Of a stretch of 64,000 nucleotides of DNA, positions 23,801 to 34,156 are shown piece after piece (position 1 is the first letter of the stretch; each line of letters opens with the position of its first letter). The position numbers and the translations under genes were made by a program. The notes under the pieces were generated by a model. That model saw nothing but the letters and a program-made list of their open reading frames with translations. It made no database searches and was not told where the DNA came from. The DNA comes from Antedon mediterranea (lineage: Eukaryota; Animalia; Echinodermata): the NCBI RefSeq assembly GCF_964355755.1, contig NC_092671.1:40062304-40126303 (forward strand). Reading direction: 5' to 3'.

Positions 23801-26800
23801 TTCACTGGTGCGACACTTGGAATATGTCAGTCAATGCCTCTAAATGCAAATCAATGTCTTTTACTCTTAAGAAAAAACCCATCTATTTTGACTTTTATAT
23901 TAAGAATATTATACTTGAAAGAGTCTCTGTTCACAAAGACCTTGGTGTTTTTTTAGATAGTTCATTAACCTTCTGTAAACATATTGATTTTATAGTCTCT
24001 AAATGCAATAGACTTTTGGGTTTTCTTTGGAGACATTGCAGACATATCAACGATAAAAAGGCATTAGTTATTTTATACAAATCTTTAGTTAGGTCGAATC
24101 TTGAATTCTGCAGTGTTATTTTTAACTCTATTTCTCTTGCCCAGTCTTCTAGATTACAAAGTGTTCAGAACAAGTTTTGTCGATTTTATGTGCGTAAATT
24201 TGGTTCTATTAGCAAAGACGTTCTTATTAATTTAGCGGGTAGGCGTAAGTTATTTGATTTAATTTTTCTTTTTAAGGCTGTGAACTCAATTTTTCATGGT
24301 AATTTTGAAGTGTACTTTCCTATTTCTGTTCCACAATATCAATTGCGTTATCCTGCTTTATTTTCTATATCAAGAGGGAGGGTAAATATTACTAAAAATG
24401 GTTTTGTTAATCGTTTGCCTAAGTTATACCACTCACTATGTAAAATTGATGGATCTGTTGATATTTTTTTTGATTCCCTTGCTTGTTTCCGTCACAAGGT
24501 TTTGTCTAATGTCAGTAATATTTAAATGTTGTCTTGTTATCTGTTGATTTTTGCTTGTATATAATATGTTATATTTTACGACTTTCAGCCCTGTTAATGG
24601 TGACGTTTGGTCACTGTAGGGTGATGATGAAATAAAATAAAAATAAAATAAAAATTTAGTTATTCCTTTCAGTGAAACAAGAACATAAAAAGGGAGCACT
24701 GTGGAGAGACAAGAGCTGTCAAAGACAACTATCACAAAGGGAGCACTGAGCAGAGACAAGAGCTGTCAAAGACAACTATCACAAAGGGAGCACTGTGGAA
24801 AGACAAGAGCTGTCAAAGACAACTATCACAAAGGGAGCACTGTGGAGAGACAAGAGCTGTCAAAGACAACTATCACAAAGGGAGCACTGAGCAGAGACAA
24901 GAGCTGTCAAAGACAACTATCACAAAGGGAGCACTGTGGAAAGACAAGAGCTGTCAAAGACAACTATCACAAAGGGAGCACTGTGGAGAGACAAGAGCTG
25001 TCAAAGACAACTATCACAAAGGGAGCACTGTGGAAAGACAAGAGCTGTCAAAGACAACTATCACAAAGGGAGCACTGTGGAGAGACAAGAGCTGTCAAAG
25101 ACAACTATCACAAAGGGAGCACTGAGCAGAGACAAGAGCTGTCAAAGACAACTATCACAAAGGGAGCACTGTGGAGAGACAAGAGCTGTCAAAGACAACT
25201 ATCACAAAGGGAGCACTGTGGAGAGACAAGAGCTGTCAAAGACAACTATCACAAAAGGAGCACTGTGGAGAGACAAGAGCTGTCAAAGACAACTATCACA
25301 AAGGGAGCACTGTGGAGAGACAAGAGCTGTCAATGATAACTGTCTCTCCAACCCAATGGGCGTGTCTCTCCATGTTCTTGTACCACATACCTTTTCAGCT
25401 GGACACTTTGGAGAAGGAGTTTTGTCTGTAACTTCTTCATCACACGAATCTTCCGAACTAACAAAAAAGAAATAGTCACTCTTTTTCAATAAGCTTTAAA
25501 CACTCTTTTATGTAGCATAGATTGTAGCAGTGTCTTTTGGACAAAATTATGGTACAATGACATGACCAAGCGGCAACCGAGTTCTCAAAGCATAAAACTT
25601 ACCTAACAGCTGCGTGTTGCATCTCTTCTTGTGCTTCTTGTTCAGGTGATCTGTTCTTAGTTACAGCAACAGTCACTCTTTCATCTGAATCACTGTCTTG
25701 AGTTCGACGACGAGACTTCCGTTTCGGTACAGATTGAGGCTTAACTTCTTCTGCAAATAATTTAAATAATAGTTATTACAGGTACTGTAACATAGAGAAG
25801 ACACAACACTATCAAACTAGTTTGACAAAAAAAAAGTGTGATGTACCCAAATATGGTAGTGATATCCTTTCATGTCCATATTTGAGCACATCACATTTTT
25901 TTGTCACATTAAGTTTGATAGTGTAGACAGAGCTTAAAATAGCAGCAAACTGATTGAGTTTTAGATGAGAAAATAATAGTTGTTACCTGAGGAAGAAGGT
26001 TCCAAGCTGTCATCAAATTGTTCAGATATGTTTGATTGACTGGCAACCACATTACCATCACTAGTTTCATCTTTTTCATCATGTGAAAGACGCAGCTTCT
26101 TTACTTTCTATAGTAGTAAAACAATATTTGTTAACCATTTGTGGTCATGTTACAAGAGTTGTCAATATACAGTAGATTGTCTGATAAAACTCCTAGGAAG
26201 TCTTTTACAATGTAGTTACAGAAAATCACACAAACAAACAATGTCCTTTTCTTTTGAAAAGCTATCAAACTTAATAGGAAATTCCATACGAATGTAAACA
26301 CATGGCATACACCTGGATTTTGATATTTTATTGTGATTTTCTATATTGACTGTTTTCTGCATGTACTTATATTGTTATTATCTCTGCAGTGTATATAAGA
26401 GGAATTTCTAATGTATTTTTATATTGGACCAAATAAAGAATAATAATAATAAGACATATTATTTACCTTATTCACATCATCATCAAATTGAGATGCCCTT
26501 TTGTTTTTAATACCAGATTTCTTTCTCTCTATTGGTTCTGACATCTTCTTTTCTTCTTCTTCAGCAGTGCCTTCATTCTGCAAACATTTTTTCTTGTTTC
26601 TTCTTAGCTTTGTTCGTGTCCTACATAATAACAATATGTTAGAATAATTACAAAACTTTTTTTGATCTTCATTAATTTTAATGTTTTATTTAAGGTGCTA
26701 CTTTCCATTTACAGTAATTAGAATTTTCAATACTAGAGTTTTCGGTTTTATTTTCCATACACAAAAACAATACAATGAAGCAGGCAAATTAATTTAATAA

Positions 26801-29800
26801 TAAAGAAAAAATGGAAAGACTATAAAGCCCTGTATACAAAAAAGATGTGCCCATATGATGACATATCACTATTTGGGCACATTACACTTTTTGTCAAACT
26901 AGTTGATAGTGTAGACAGAGCTTTAGAATAATACAAAGACAAAATATCAAACCTAGTGGTCTTTTTAGGACTTTCTTTCTCAGAATCAATAGATGGTTTT
27001 CCTTCATCACTAGTATCAACTTCTTCATTGCTGGTAGGTTGGTCAGCTTCATCGACATTTGCTATTGGTTCCACCTGCTTAGTTCTTGTTGATTTCTTCT
27101 TGAGTTCGGGGGTTGCTTCATTTGCTGAAGTGAAATCCTCAGAACTATATGAAATAAAAACAAAATAAAATGTTACTCTATGTGGAATCCATTTACATTA
27201 AAATGGTTCTTGTTCCGTTATATTAGCATTGCACTATTCTTGATAACAATACAATACTGTTTGAAAACATTGCCTGATTTATTAATAATACTGTATATAA
27301 TCCATACTTTTCATTTGATTCTCCACTGGTGTTTTTACCATCAGCAACCTCAACTGGAATTTTAACTAGTTTTACCGCATCCTCTGAATGACTAGCATCA
27401 CTTGATTGCGAGTCTTGACAACTTTCCAACATGCTTTTCTGCAAAGACACAGACAACCGCTTACTCGCATTTAGGGACCGTCTTACTGACTTCTTAGTGC
27501 TTGAACCACTTGATAATCGGCGATTTGATACGGACGATCTGGTCTGTCGTCTGCCATCAGTTTCTTCCTCGTCACAGCTCTCCATTTTAGCGTTCTTTGC
27601 CAGTATTGACAAACGTTTACTAGTCCTCAAAGACTGTCGTGAATCACGTGATAATCTGCGTTTTGAAAGAGATGACCTCTTCTTAGATTTGCTCATTGAG
27701 ATGGACATTCTTACGTTGTTGAATGATGTTTGTGCTAGTGCATTGGCCCCTTCATTCAGACTATCTTCTTCCATACTAACTTCCTCCTTAGTTTCATTTA
27801 TGATTTCTTTTCCTGATAACTCATCCGAACTTGATGACAATTTAGATTCTGCTGCAGAAGACCGCTCTTCACACTCATTTTGGGAGGGTTCATCTATTTT
27901 TGGAGCATCCTCACTTTCTAGAGCATGATCTTCATCATTAGATGTTGTTGCTGCAATTGATTCATGATCACTAAGCGGCATTTGTACAGATTCTTTGAAA
28001 ACGTCAGACTCTTCACTAGAACTACAAGACTTCTTACAAGGTATAGATTCTTCATCAGACTTTTCAGATACACATTTCTGTTCAACTGGTTCTATGATTT
28101 GTTCCTTAATTGACTGGGGCTTAGCTTCTGGTACCGTATCAAGTTCATTTTTCATGTATTTGCGCAATCGTTTAGGGGAATGGAAATCTTCATCAGAGCT
28201 CTCCGATATAATCTTTTCATGGTGATCAATAAGTTTTTTTACACGATTATCTTTCTCTGGAAGATTTGCTGCAATTGCGGATATAGATTCTTTATTATCT
28301 GAAAAACTTTCCTTATTGTTTTCCATAATAGACACAGTTTTGGGTTGTTTTCCTCGTGTTGTACGCTTACATTTCTCTTGCGTTGGTCTTCGCGTCGAAG
28401 CACGAGTGCTGCGTGTTGGACGTTTAGAAGCATTATCTTGAGATGTTTCTGCCTCAGAATCAAGTGATTTTCTATGGACTCTACATACATAAAAAAGAAT
28501 AGTTATTCTGACAACTGTAACATTAACCTAAATATTAGTATAATAATCGCTGTGGCTAAAGATACGGTACCGTATTCTAACTTCTGTTTACTAAAGATAC
28601 GGTAAAATTGCATTACGTCATAACCAGCCAATGGGGTGCTGGTACGTGTGTGACATCATCATATAAGGACTTTGTGGATTTTTTTCATATCGCGAAAACA
28701 GTGATCAACCGCATTTTCTTTATGCTTTATTTATCGCTTTTATCGCCGTCGTGTGTAACAAAAACTAAATGTAGCCTACGTCTGTTATTATTATTGAAAA
28801 GCCATGTTGATTTTAATTCTAGAATACAGAAAACCAATTCAAAAGAGGCCTAGGCCTATACTTACTACGTACTATGTATAACCTCATTATATGAGTTTGT
28901 TTGTGTAGGGAAAGCGGTGCCAGGCTTTTTTTTTTTTTTACTTTTTATGGAGGTATGTTTTTGCGCGATGGACGTTTTGGCCCACTTTTTTTTAGGACGA
29001 AACGTCAAACTTTTAAAATGCAAAACAGAACAAAATTGACTATGTATGAAATATTATTGCCGATGACAAAATTGAGTTTTGTATTGTTTATATCCAGACG
29101 TAATTAAAACATTAAATTTAATTGCCACCGAGCGAAATTGTAGGCCCTAGGCTAATCCGTCCAAGCTGCCACCCCCGCCTCACTCATCGGCCATGGTCCG
29201 CCGTCTCTCGCTCGACTCATCTATCCAGGAAATTCCCTATCGCGAGAAGCATGATGTTGGTCTCAATAATACTAAATAGTGGGCTGATTTTGAAAACAGC
29301 TTACGGTATTTCTTAAGTGAATTTTTATTCAACGTATTCATTCTTCTTTGATGAATCATTTGCCAATTGCTGTGTAAATCAGTATTTAAAGTTGTGATGC
29401 GAAAAGTGTGTGTAATTATTCCACAGGTAAACCAGGCATAAGAAAACCCATCGCCCAACAAGACCTCGTGGTGTGCCGATCTCGAGATCATCGTAAACAA
29501 AATTGGTAGAGTCCATTATGTATGGGGTGTTTACTATTTACGAACCTATAAAAAACGCGCTTCGACCACTGTGTAGGCAAAATATTTATTTCGTTAAATC
29601 CCTAAATTGATAATCGTGTATTCTTTAATCACGTGACTGATGATGTAATCCTCAGCGACGTACTAAATGCACGTGATTTAATGTGTTGGGGAAAAAGCTT
29701 GCTGTTTACCACATTACATGATTCGCGGTGCTATTCGCGTTTCCTTGACGTAAATCGGCGGCGTGTAAATGAAACAATTGTTTTCACCAAATTGCCGTTG

Positions 29801-32800
29801 TCGACATAGAGCGATCGGTGGGTAGCTAGCGTGGCTAAGCTAAGAAGTACGTATTTTTCAAAAATTACACCAGCCTAGCAAACATTTGCTAGTTTTGAAA
29901 TTTTCAACTAGCAATTATGAAGAATCTACTAGCAAAATGCTAGTTTGCTAGCGTGAATTTTGAGCCCTGCTCTGGAGCTGGGCCGGGCCGCTGAACTTTC
30001 CGTTGTATATGGGTAAAAAAAAAATAAAAATAAAAAGAGAGGTGGCTGGATAATCAGGAGCTGGCGGTGACGCTTAACAAGTATGTTTTTTTATTTGGCC
30101 TTACATACTGTAAATCATAGTATTTGAGGGCCCCTTTATTGTCCGCATTTGCTTGTTGTTTATGGTCACCATTGTAAACAAAGTTTTAAAAAATATAGGC
30201 CTAAATAGGCCATTTGGAATAAAAATAAAACCCTCATCTGCTGCGCACACACATCCACGCAGCCTGGCGCCGCCGATAGGAATTCTCTACGTACATATAC
30301 AACAACAGACGCGATATGAAAAAAAAATCCCAAGTCCTTATACGATGACGTCACACACGTACCAGCACCCCATTGGCTGATGACGTATGCAAATTTACCG
30401 TACCTTTAGTAAACAGAAGTTAGAATACGGTACCGTATCTTTAGCCACGGTGTATAATAATACCCATTTCACACCAAAACACCCCGGGATTTATGACCAT
30501 TCAAAACGTCGAGAAACTCCGGAGATACCCCTTTCACACCAACCTAGCAACACCGGGGTTTATAGAATAAAATTGTAAATGTCGCCCTCTATTTTGTTTG
30601 TTTACATAGCGACAATCATTAGAATCATTTTAATTAATAATATTTTAAATTTAATAATTACTTTCAAAAGTCTCAGAAGTAATATAATGTTTTATTTATA
30701 CTACTTATTATTTTCTAGACCCGCTCTAGGCTCGCACTGGCCGATCGCCAAGTCGCCATGGGCGAAAACGTTTCTAGATTGGCGAAAAAAAAAACGGCTA
30801 CTTTAGCCATTTTGGCGATGACATAATATGATAAAATAGATAATTAAATAATCATTTTGGCGAAAGCATAAAGTCCAACTAAAAGGTCCATTTGTCGATC
30901 TCCAAGCATTTATTTTGTTCGTTATCACGTTGTTTACTTCAAGCTCCATTTTTCGTAAACTTGTTTCGTTGTACCAGGCGTCTCTTTGTTATTTCAAAAA
31001 GATGGATAGCAGAGGTAGACTGCACAGAGAGACAGACGTTACACGACACATGGATGATGAAGTCTACCCAAACTATCACGTGTTGTGCGCTGCACAAACG
31101 ATCGACTACGTAGCCGACGGTCGGCTAATTACCGGGATTGTCTATTTTTTCGATAGGGGTGTACTTTTCAGATTAAAAAGAAACATTATAGTATCTTCGA
31201 TGAATGACGTCTTAATCTTATCGAAATCAAAAATGTATGCGTTATGCATTTTAGAGTCTTCCAATTTAATGTAGTTTCATATTTTAGCCTTAATAAACTT
31301 CCCTCGTGCGTCAGTAGTGTAAACAAAACAACATGCGGGAAATGGTAGAGTCTAACGGGGATTTAGCTAATTAAACACACACGTGCATCTGAGCGGGGCC
31401 GGCCGCCGGCTTCTGTGTTGTTGTGTAAATAAATAATAATCGGATAAATTTCTCGCCCTGACAGAAACGCTTCGGCGCAGCCTTGCCTTGAGGGATGGAA
31501 AGACGTGTACTCTGTGCTTTGGCCTATATTATCTTACTTTTAACGATACGAGTGTTCGTTTGCTAGGAATTTTCCTCAATATTTTTAGCATACGATATAC
31601 CGTTGCGTTGTTGTACATAATTTTGTAGGCCTAGGCCGGCGGTTCTGCACTTTCGCACCTCTTGAGCATACCCAATTTAAAAACATTAACCCGCTGCGCG
31701 GCGGTGATTCTGAGTGATTCTAGGACACGATTTTCGCCTGGTACGCCATGGAAGCCGTCACACGCAAACATGACCAGCCAAGCGTAAAAAACAAAAGTAA
31801 CATAGCGTTCAGGGGATTTCAGAAAACTGTAAAATGTTTATTATTAAATTGATAACTGTATAAATGCTGTATGATTAAAAACAATTTGAACAATTGTTTT
31901 GATCATGTAAAAAAAATACAAAAAAAATATTTTTTTAAATCATACAGTGATTTAGGCATGGTTCTTTATCTCAATGCCTTACAAAAATGTTCAGGGAACA
32001 GTGTATAGACATGTTGACATAGATAAATTGACTAAAATGTTTTTACCACACTATTTCAAAAATTTTAAATTTTGGCTATAAACCGATTCATTTGGCTAAA
32101 TAAAAAAATTTGACTCTAGCCATTTTGGCTATAGATAAACTGATTTGACTAAAAAAAATATTTTGACTTTCGCCAAATGGCTAAACAAAATGAAATGTTA
32201 GTGCTACCCCAGCCGCTATATATTTTTTTCGAAATATTTATAGTGTTTTAAAATAAAACTAAATAAATAATTGATTGCGAGGATAACCTTTTGACCCGAA
32301 ACACTCCGGAGTTTGATGTTGGTACCTTTCACACCAAAACACCGGGGTGTCCCCGCAGTTCGCTCTCCGGAGAATGTTCAGCTGTTCAACCCCGCAGTTT
32401 TAAACTCCGGAGTTGCTTGATTTTACCTTTCACACTAAACAGCGGGGCGTCAACTCCGGGGTGTCTCCGGAGTTTTGCTTTTGGTGTGAAAGGGGTATAC
32501 TATAATAGTAATACTAAAATCTCAAGTTTTTATAGCTTTAGCTTACCGTTTTTTGGCCGGGGGGCTGTCAGTACTACTTTCTTCTGTATCATCTGAATTT
32601 GGACGAATACGACGGTTCCTCTTTGCATTTGATGGAGTTTTTGGCAGAAGGGTTAAACTTCTCCTATAGTAATAATTTTAGTTTAAAGATCAATAAAAAA
32701 ATGTAATTCAAATAACAAATGGAATAGAAAATTATAAAATTATATGTATTGTAGCACCAATCTGCAATTTGTAATTCAAATCAAATTTACCTTGAAAACG

Positions 32801-32957
32801 TTTTTCTGGCTTCTAACAGTACCTCTTCTAGCCATGTCATGTGATCTTCTTCAAAAGTCTTCAAAAATGAAGCAATCTTTTTCTCGGTTTCCAAGTACAG
32901 GTTAAATCCATTTCCAATACCGATGTTATTCATCTCCTTAACTTTAAGCAAATCCAT
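17856..32957 (-). CDS. INCENP: Inner centromere protein (chromosomal passenger complex scaffold)
   Basis: 16 coding exons: 32791-32957, 32547-32663, 27308-28480, 26953-27144, 26467-26620, 25987-26107, 25603-25750, 25391-25457, 21177-21302, 20935-21044, 20524-20767, 20097-20302, 19530-19671, 19233-19396, 18777-18886, 17856-18031. Motifs: N-terminal [42 protein letters not shown], an E/R/K-rich SAH region, and the IN-box [28 protein letters not shown]...[11 protein letters not shown]. Confidence 0.95.
18115..18717. mobile_element. Tc1/pogo(Tigger)-like MITE containing six 83-bp tandem repeats
   Basis: TA-CAGTAGA ... TCTATTG-TA ends; units start at 18178, 18261, 18344, 18427, 18510 and 18593. 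Confidence 0.75.
19059..19171. mobile_element. MITE family A copy (internally deleted)
   Basis: Both TIRs present. Confidence 0.85.
21330..24655 (+). mobile_element. Non-LTR retrotransposon, CR1/L2 group, antisense within an INCENP intron
   Basis: Intact APE-RT ORF, short 3' UTR with a stem-loop (24589-24621) and an (AAAAT)n tail; the 5' boundary is approximate. Confidence 0.92.
21370..24525 (+). CDS. LINE ORF2-type protein: 2A-like peptide, APE endonuclease and reverse transcriptase (1051 aa)
   Basis: GDIEVNPGP; APE motifs YQNVRS, LTETWL, GGGV, YRPP, GDFNLP, LDLV, SDH; RT motifs [41 protein letters not shown]. Confidence 0.96.
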   Translation: MKLYLVELELTQRSMNNFVQYFFYYFNDAVYIDDDFHPIPIYYSKCAITITGLTSLQVRKKSKFKFLGRAVSYYSNSVSTLRIWSVVLGGDIEVNPGPNATNSNNKSSSLKVYYQNVRSVKNKMESYKSELFSHMCTRYIDVVALTETWLNNTVIDCELSLDGFNLYRRDRQEDKRGGGVLLLINNKYRSCRLIKFEDESQELMWVKIQLSRKKCLIIGIYYRPPSAPKSQIDRLCESIYNVQYEFQGFNHDVMLLGDFNLPEIKWRLNSYNKCNIVECEAPDNSNGKFFIENILQGNNFNQFVYFPTCADHTLDLVLCNTICHEVSFGEDIFTSDHCAINFKYPIEFNKHLINNDDRLLYNFKKLNKLDFIQTLSHIPWHLLDLAVDIDEAVNLFYDFIFATIKDLVPVFRPKRKLPPWFDNELYTALKSKESYFREKKRNPNRLNIENFRFARSNFKRLCRFKYRTYVNSLCCNLSCNPKRFWSWIKSSRKNNNNIPSELHFNNQSAYTVKDKANLLNQFFYSVFSPVNNDLDVPNLPEYPIDCLSKLEFNQEVIEKHINEIDSHKASGNDGLSNIVLSLAAKPLSFPCKILFERCISEKRFPIKWKQANVCPIFKAGSKSDVRNYRPVSLLPTISKVFEKIVHDQIFKHISPVISDHQHGFYPGRSCETNLSVLLSHAYDAINAKGQCEVVYTDMAKAFDRVSHKLLLFKLQKFGLNHDLILFFTSYLSDRFQRVTFDGNASEWLPVLSGVPQGSILGPLFFIMFINDFSFVPRHSNVLMFADDIKLFKSIQTLNDMLLLQEDVDRLIHWCDTWNMSVNASKCKSMSFTLKKKPIYFDFYIKNIILERVSVHKDLGVFLDSSLTFCKHIDFIVSKCNRLLGFLWRHCRHINDKKALVILYKSLVRSNLEFCSVIFNSISLAQSSRLQSVQNKFCRFYVRKFGSISKDVLINLAGRRKLFDLIFLFKAVNSIFHGNFEVYFPISVPQYQLRYPALFSISRGRVNITKNGFVNRLPKLYHSLCKIDGSVDIFFDSLACFRHKVLSNVSNI
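24688..25345. repeat. 47-bp minisatellite, ~14 copies
   Basis: Unit AAAGGGAGCACTGTGGAGAGACAAGAGCTGTCAAAGACAACTATCAC. Confidence 0.97.
25806..25934. mobile_element. MITE family A copy (left end eroded)
   Basis: ACACTATCAAACTAG...GTGTAGACAGAGCT. Confidence 0.8.
26826..26922. mobile_element. MITE family A copy (deleted)
   Basis: Degenerate left TIR, intact right TIR. Confidence 0.75.
28548..30452. mobile_element. Non-autonomous DNA transposon with ~150-bp TIRs and 9-bp TSD (Mutator-like, or hAT19-like)
   Basis: 28548-28694 is the inverted match of 30310-30452; TATAATAAT flanks both ends (28539-28547 and 30453-30461). Confidence 0.88.
30463..32495. mobile_element. Non-autonomous DNA transposon, TIR CCC(C/A)TTTCACACCAAAA, TA flanks, probably with a nested insertion (~30727-32212)
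   Basis: CCCATTTCACACCAAAA ... TTTTGGTGTGAAAGGGG; subterminal CTCCGGAG/CACCGGGG repeats at both ends. Confidence 0.8.
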
Positions 32958-33289
32958 GTTGTCTTGCTGCAAAGATAGAATGTTTATGTTATATAGCCCT
33001 GGGCCTAGCCTAGTAGAGGGCCAAGCCCTAGTGGCTGATTTGGACACACTCTGCAGCTAATCCAACTGGCTGGGTCGGCATGGCCATGGTAAATGAAAAG
33101 TGAATGTATGGAGTCGAGTCAACAACAACAAGCATTATTGCTCGGTGTTTATTTTAGTCATTTTCTTTAAAAAACTACATTTAGTTTAACAAAACATATT
33201 TCAAGAAGGTTTAACATTTTCGTTTCAATAAAATTGTAACACGTTACTGAGAATAGATAACAATAAAACATAAAAATAACGCTGTATAC

Positions 33290-33720
33290 AATACCTCCGT
33301 CCAAATTTAGAAGCTCCCTCTTTTTTTAAATCTCCCGTCCGAAATCTAATTGACCAATCAGAAAGCAAAATGCCGTCTGCCTCTCTCCTCATTTATAATT
33401 TATATTGTGGTATGTTCACACAAACCAAACAAAGTAAATGTAAAAAATATTTTATATTATAAAACAAACATATCCAAATATTTTAGATAACCAAAAAATG
33501 TATATTTATATTGAATATAAATCAAACAATTAATTAGAAAAAAAATCCACAGAGCTGCAGCTATGAGGTCACACAGAGGTCATATAAACAGCGCCACCTT
33601 TTACCGAAACACGTCGACGATATCGACGTGGAATTACCGTGGAATTACATTTTATAAAGGCTGGAAAACGTGTAGCCGGCTCTGTGTAGAAAATAAATTA
33701 AATATATTATACTACTATGT
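33290..33720. promoter_or_regulatory. Putative divergent promoter region, INCENP/COPB1
   Basis: CCAAT box at 33354-33358; GGACGGGAGATTTAAA (CDE/CHR-like, minus) at 33325-33340; CAGCGCCACCT at 33589-33599; candidate non-coding-exon donors near 33293 (-) and 33719 (+). Confidence 0.6.
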
Positions 33721-34156
33721 AAGTTTTGTAATGTTTTTACTTTCCATTATTCTCATAAACGAACGAAAATTTAGCTAGCTAGCCTAGGCCTAGGCCTACA
33801 TTGTGTCTGGTCAGTACAGTGAGGGAGAAAAGGGTCGGCGCGATGGATGATGATGGACACACACAGACTCAGTCAGTACAGACAGGAGAGAGGAGAGTCT
33901 AGTCCGAGAGTGGTCTCACTATAATAGTATTCAGTAGGCCTAGCTAGTCACAATTCCACACCAACCAACCAGGCATAACTGATTAAAATATGCATGTGTG
34001 AGAATATCCAATTGGTAGTTAGGTACAGTTTAAAGTAGTAATTACATTTTGAGGATTAACGTTACACTCAGTCTCAGTGAGTGAGTACAGTAATAATAAA
34101 ATAAACTTAAATGTTGCTCTTTTATATACTGTATAGCTTTGAAAATAGCAACCAAG

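Noticed and set aside
24701-25475. 211-, 179- and 86-aa ORFs
   Set aside because: Translations of the 47-bp tandem repeat.
27431-28225. Plus-strand ORFs of 165 and 76 aa
   Set aside because: Antisense shadows of the large INCENP exon.
28608-32596. Short ORFs as transposase remnants
   Set aside because: No DDE, zinc-finger or other transposase motifs were recognised; the elements appear non-coding.
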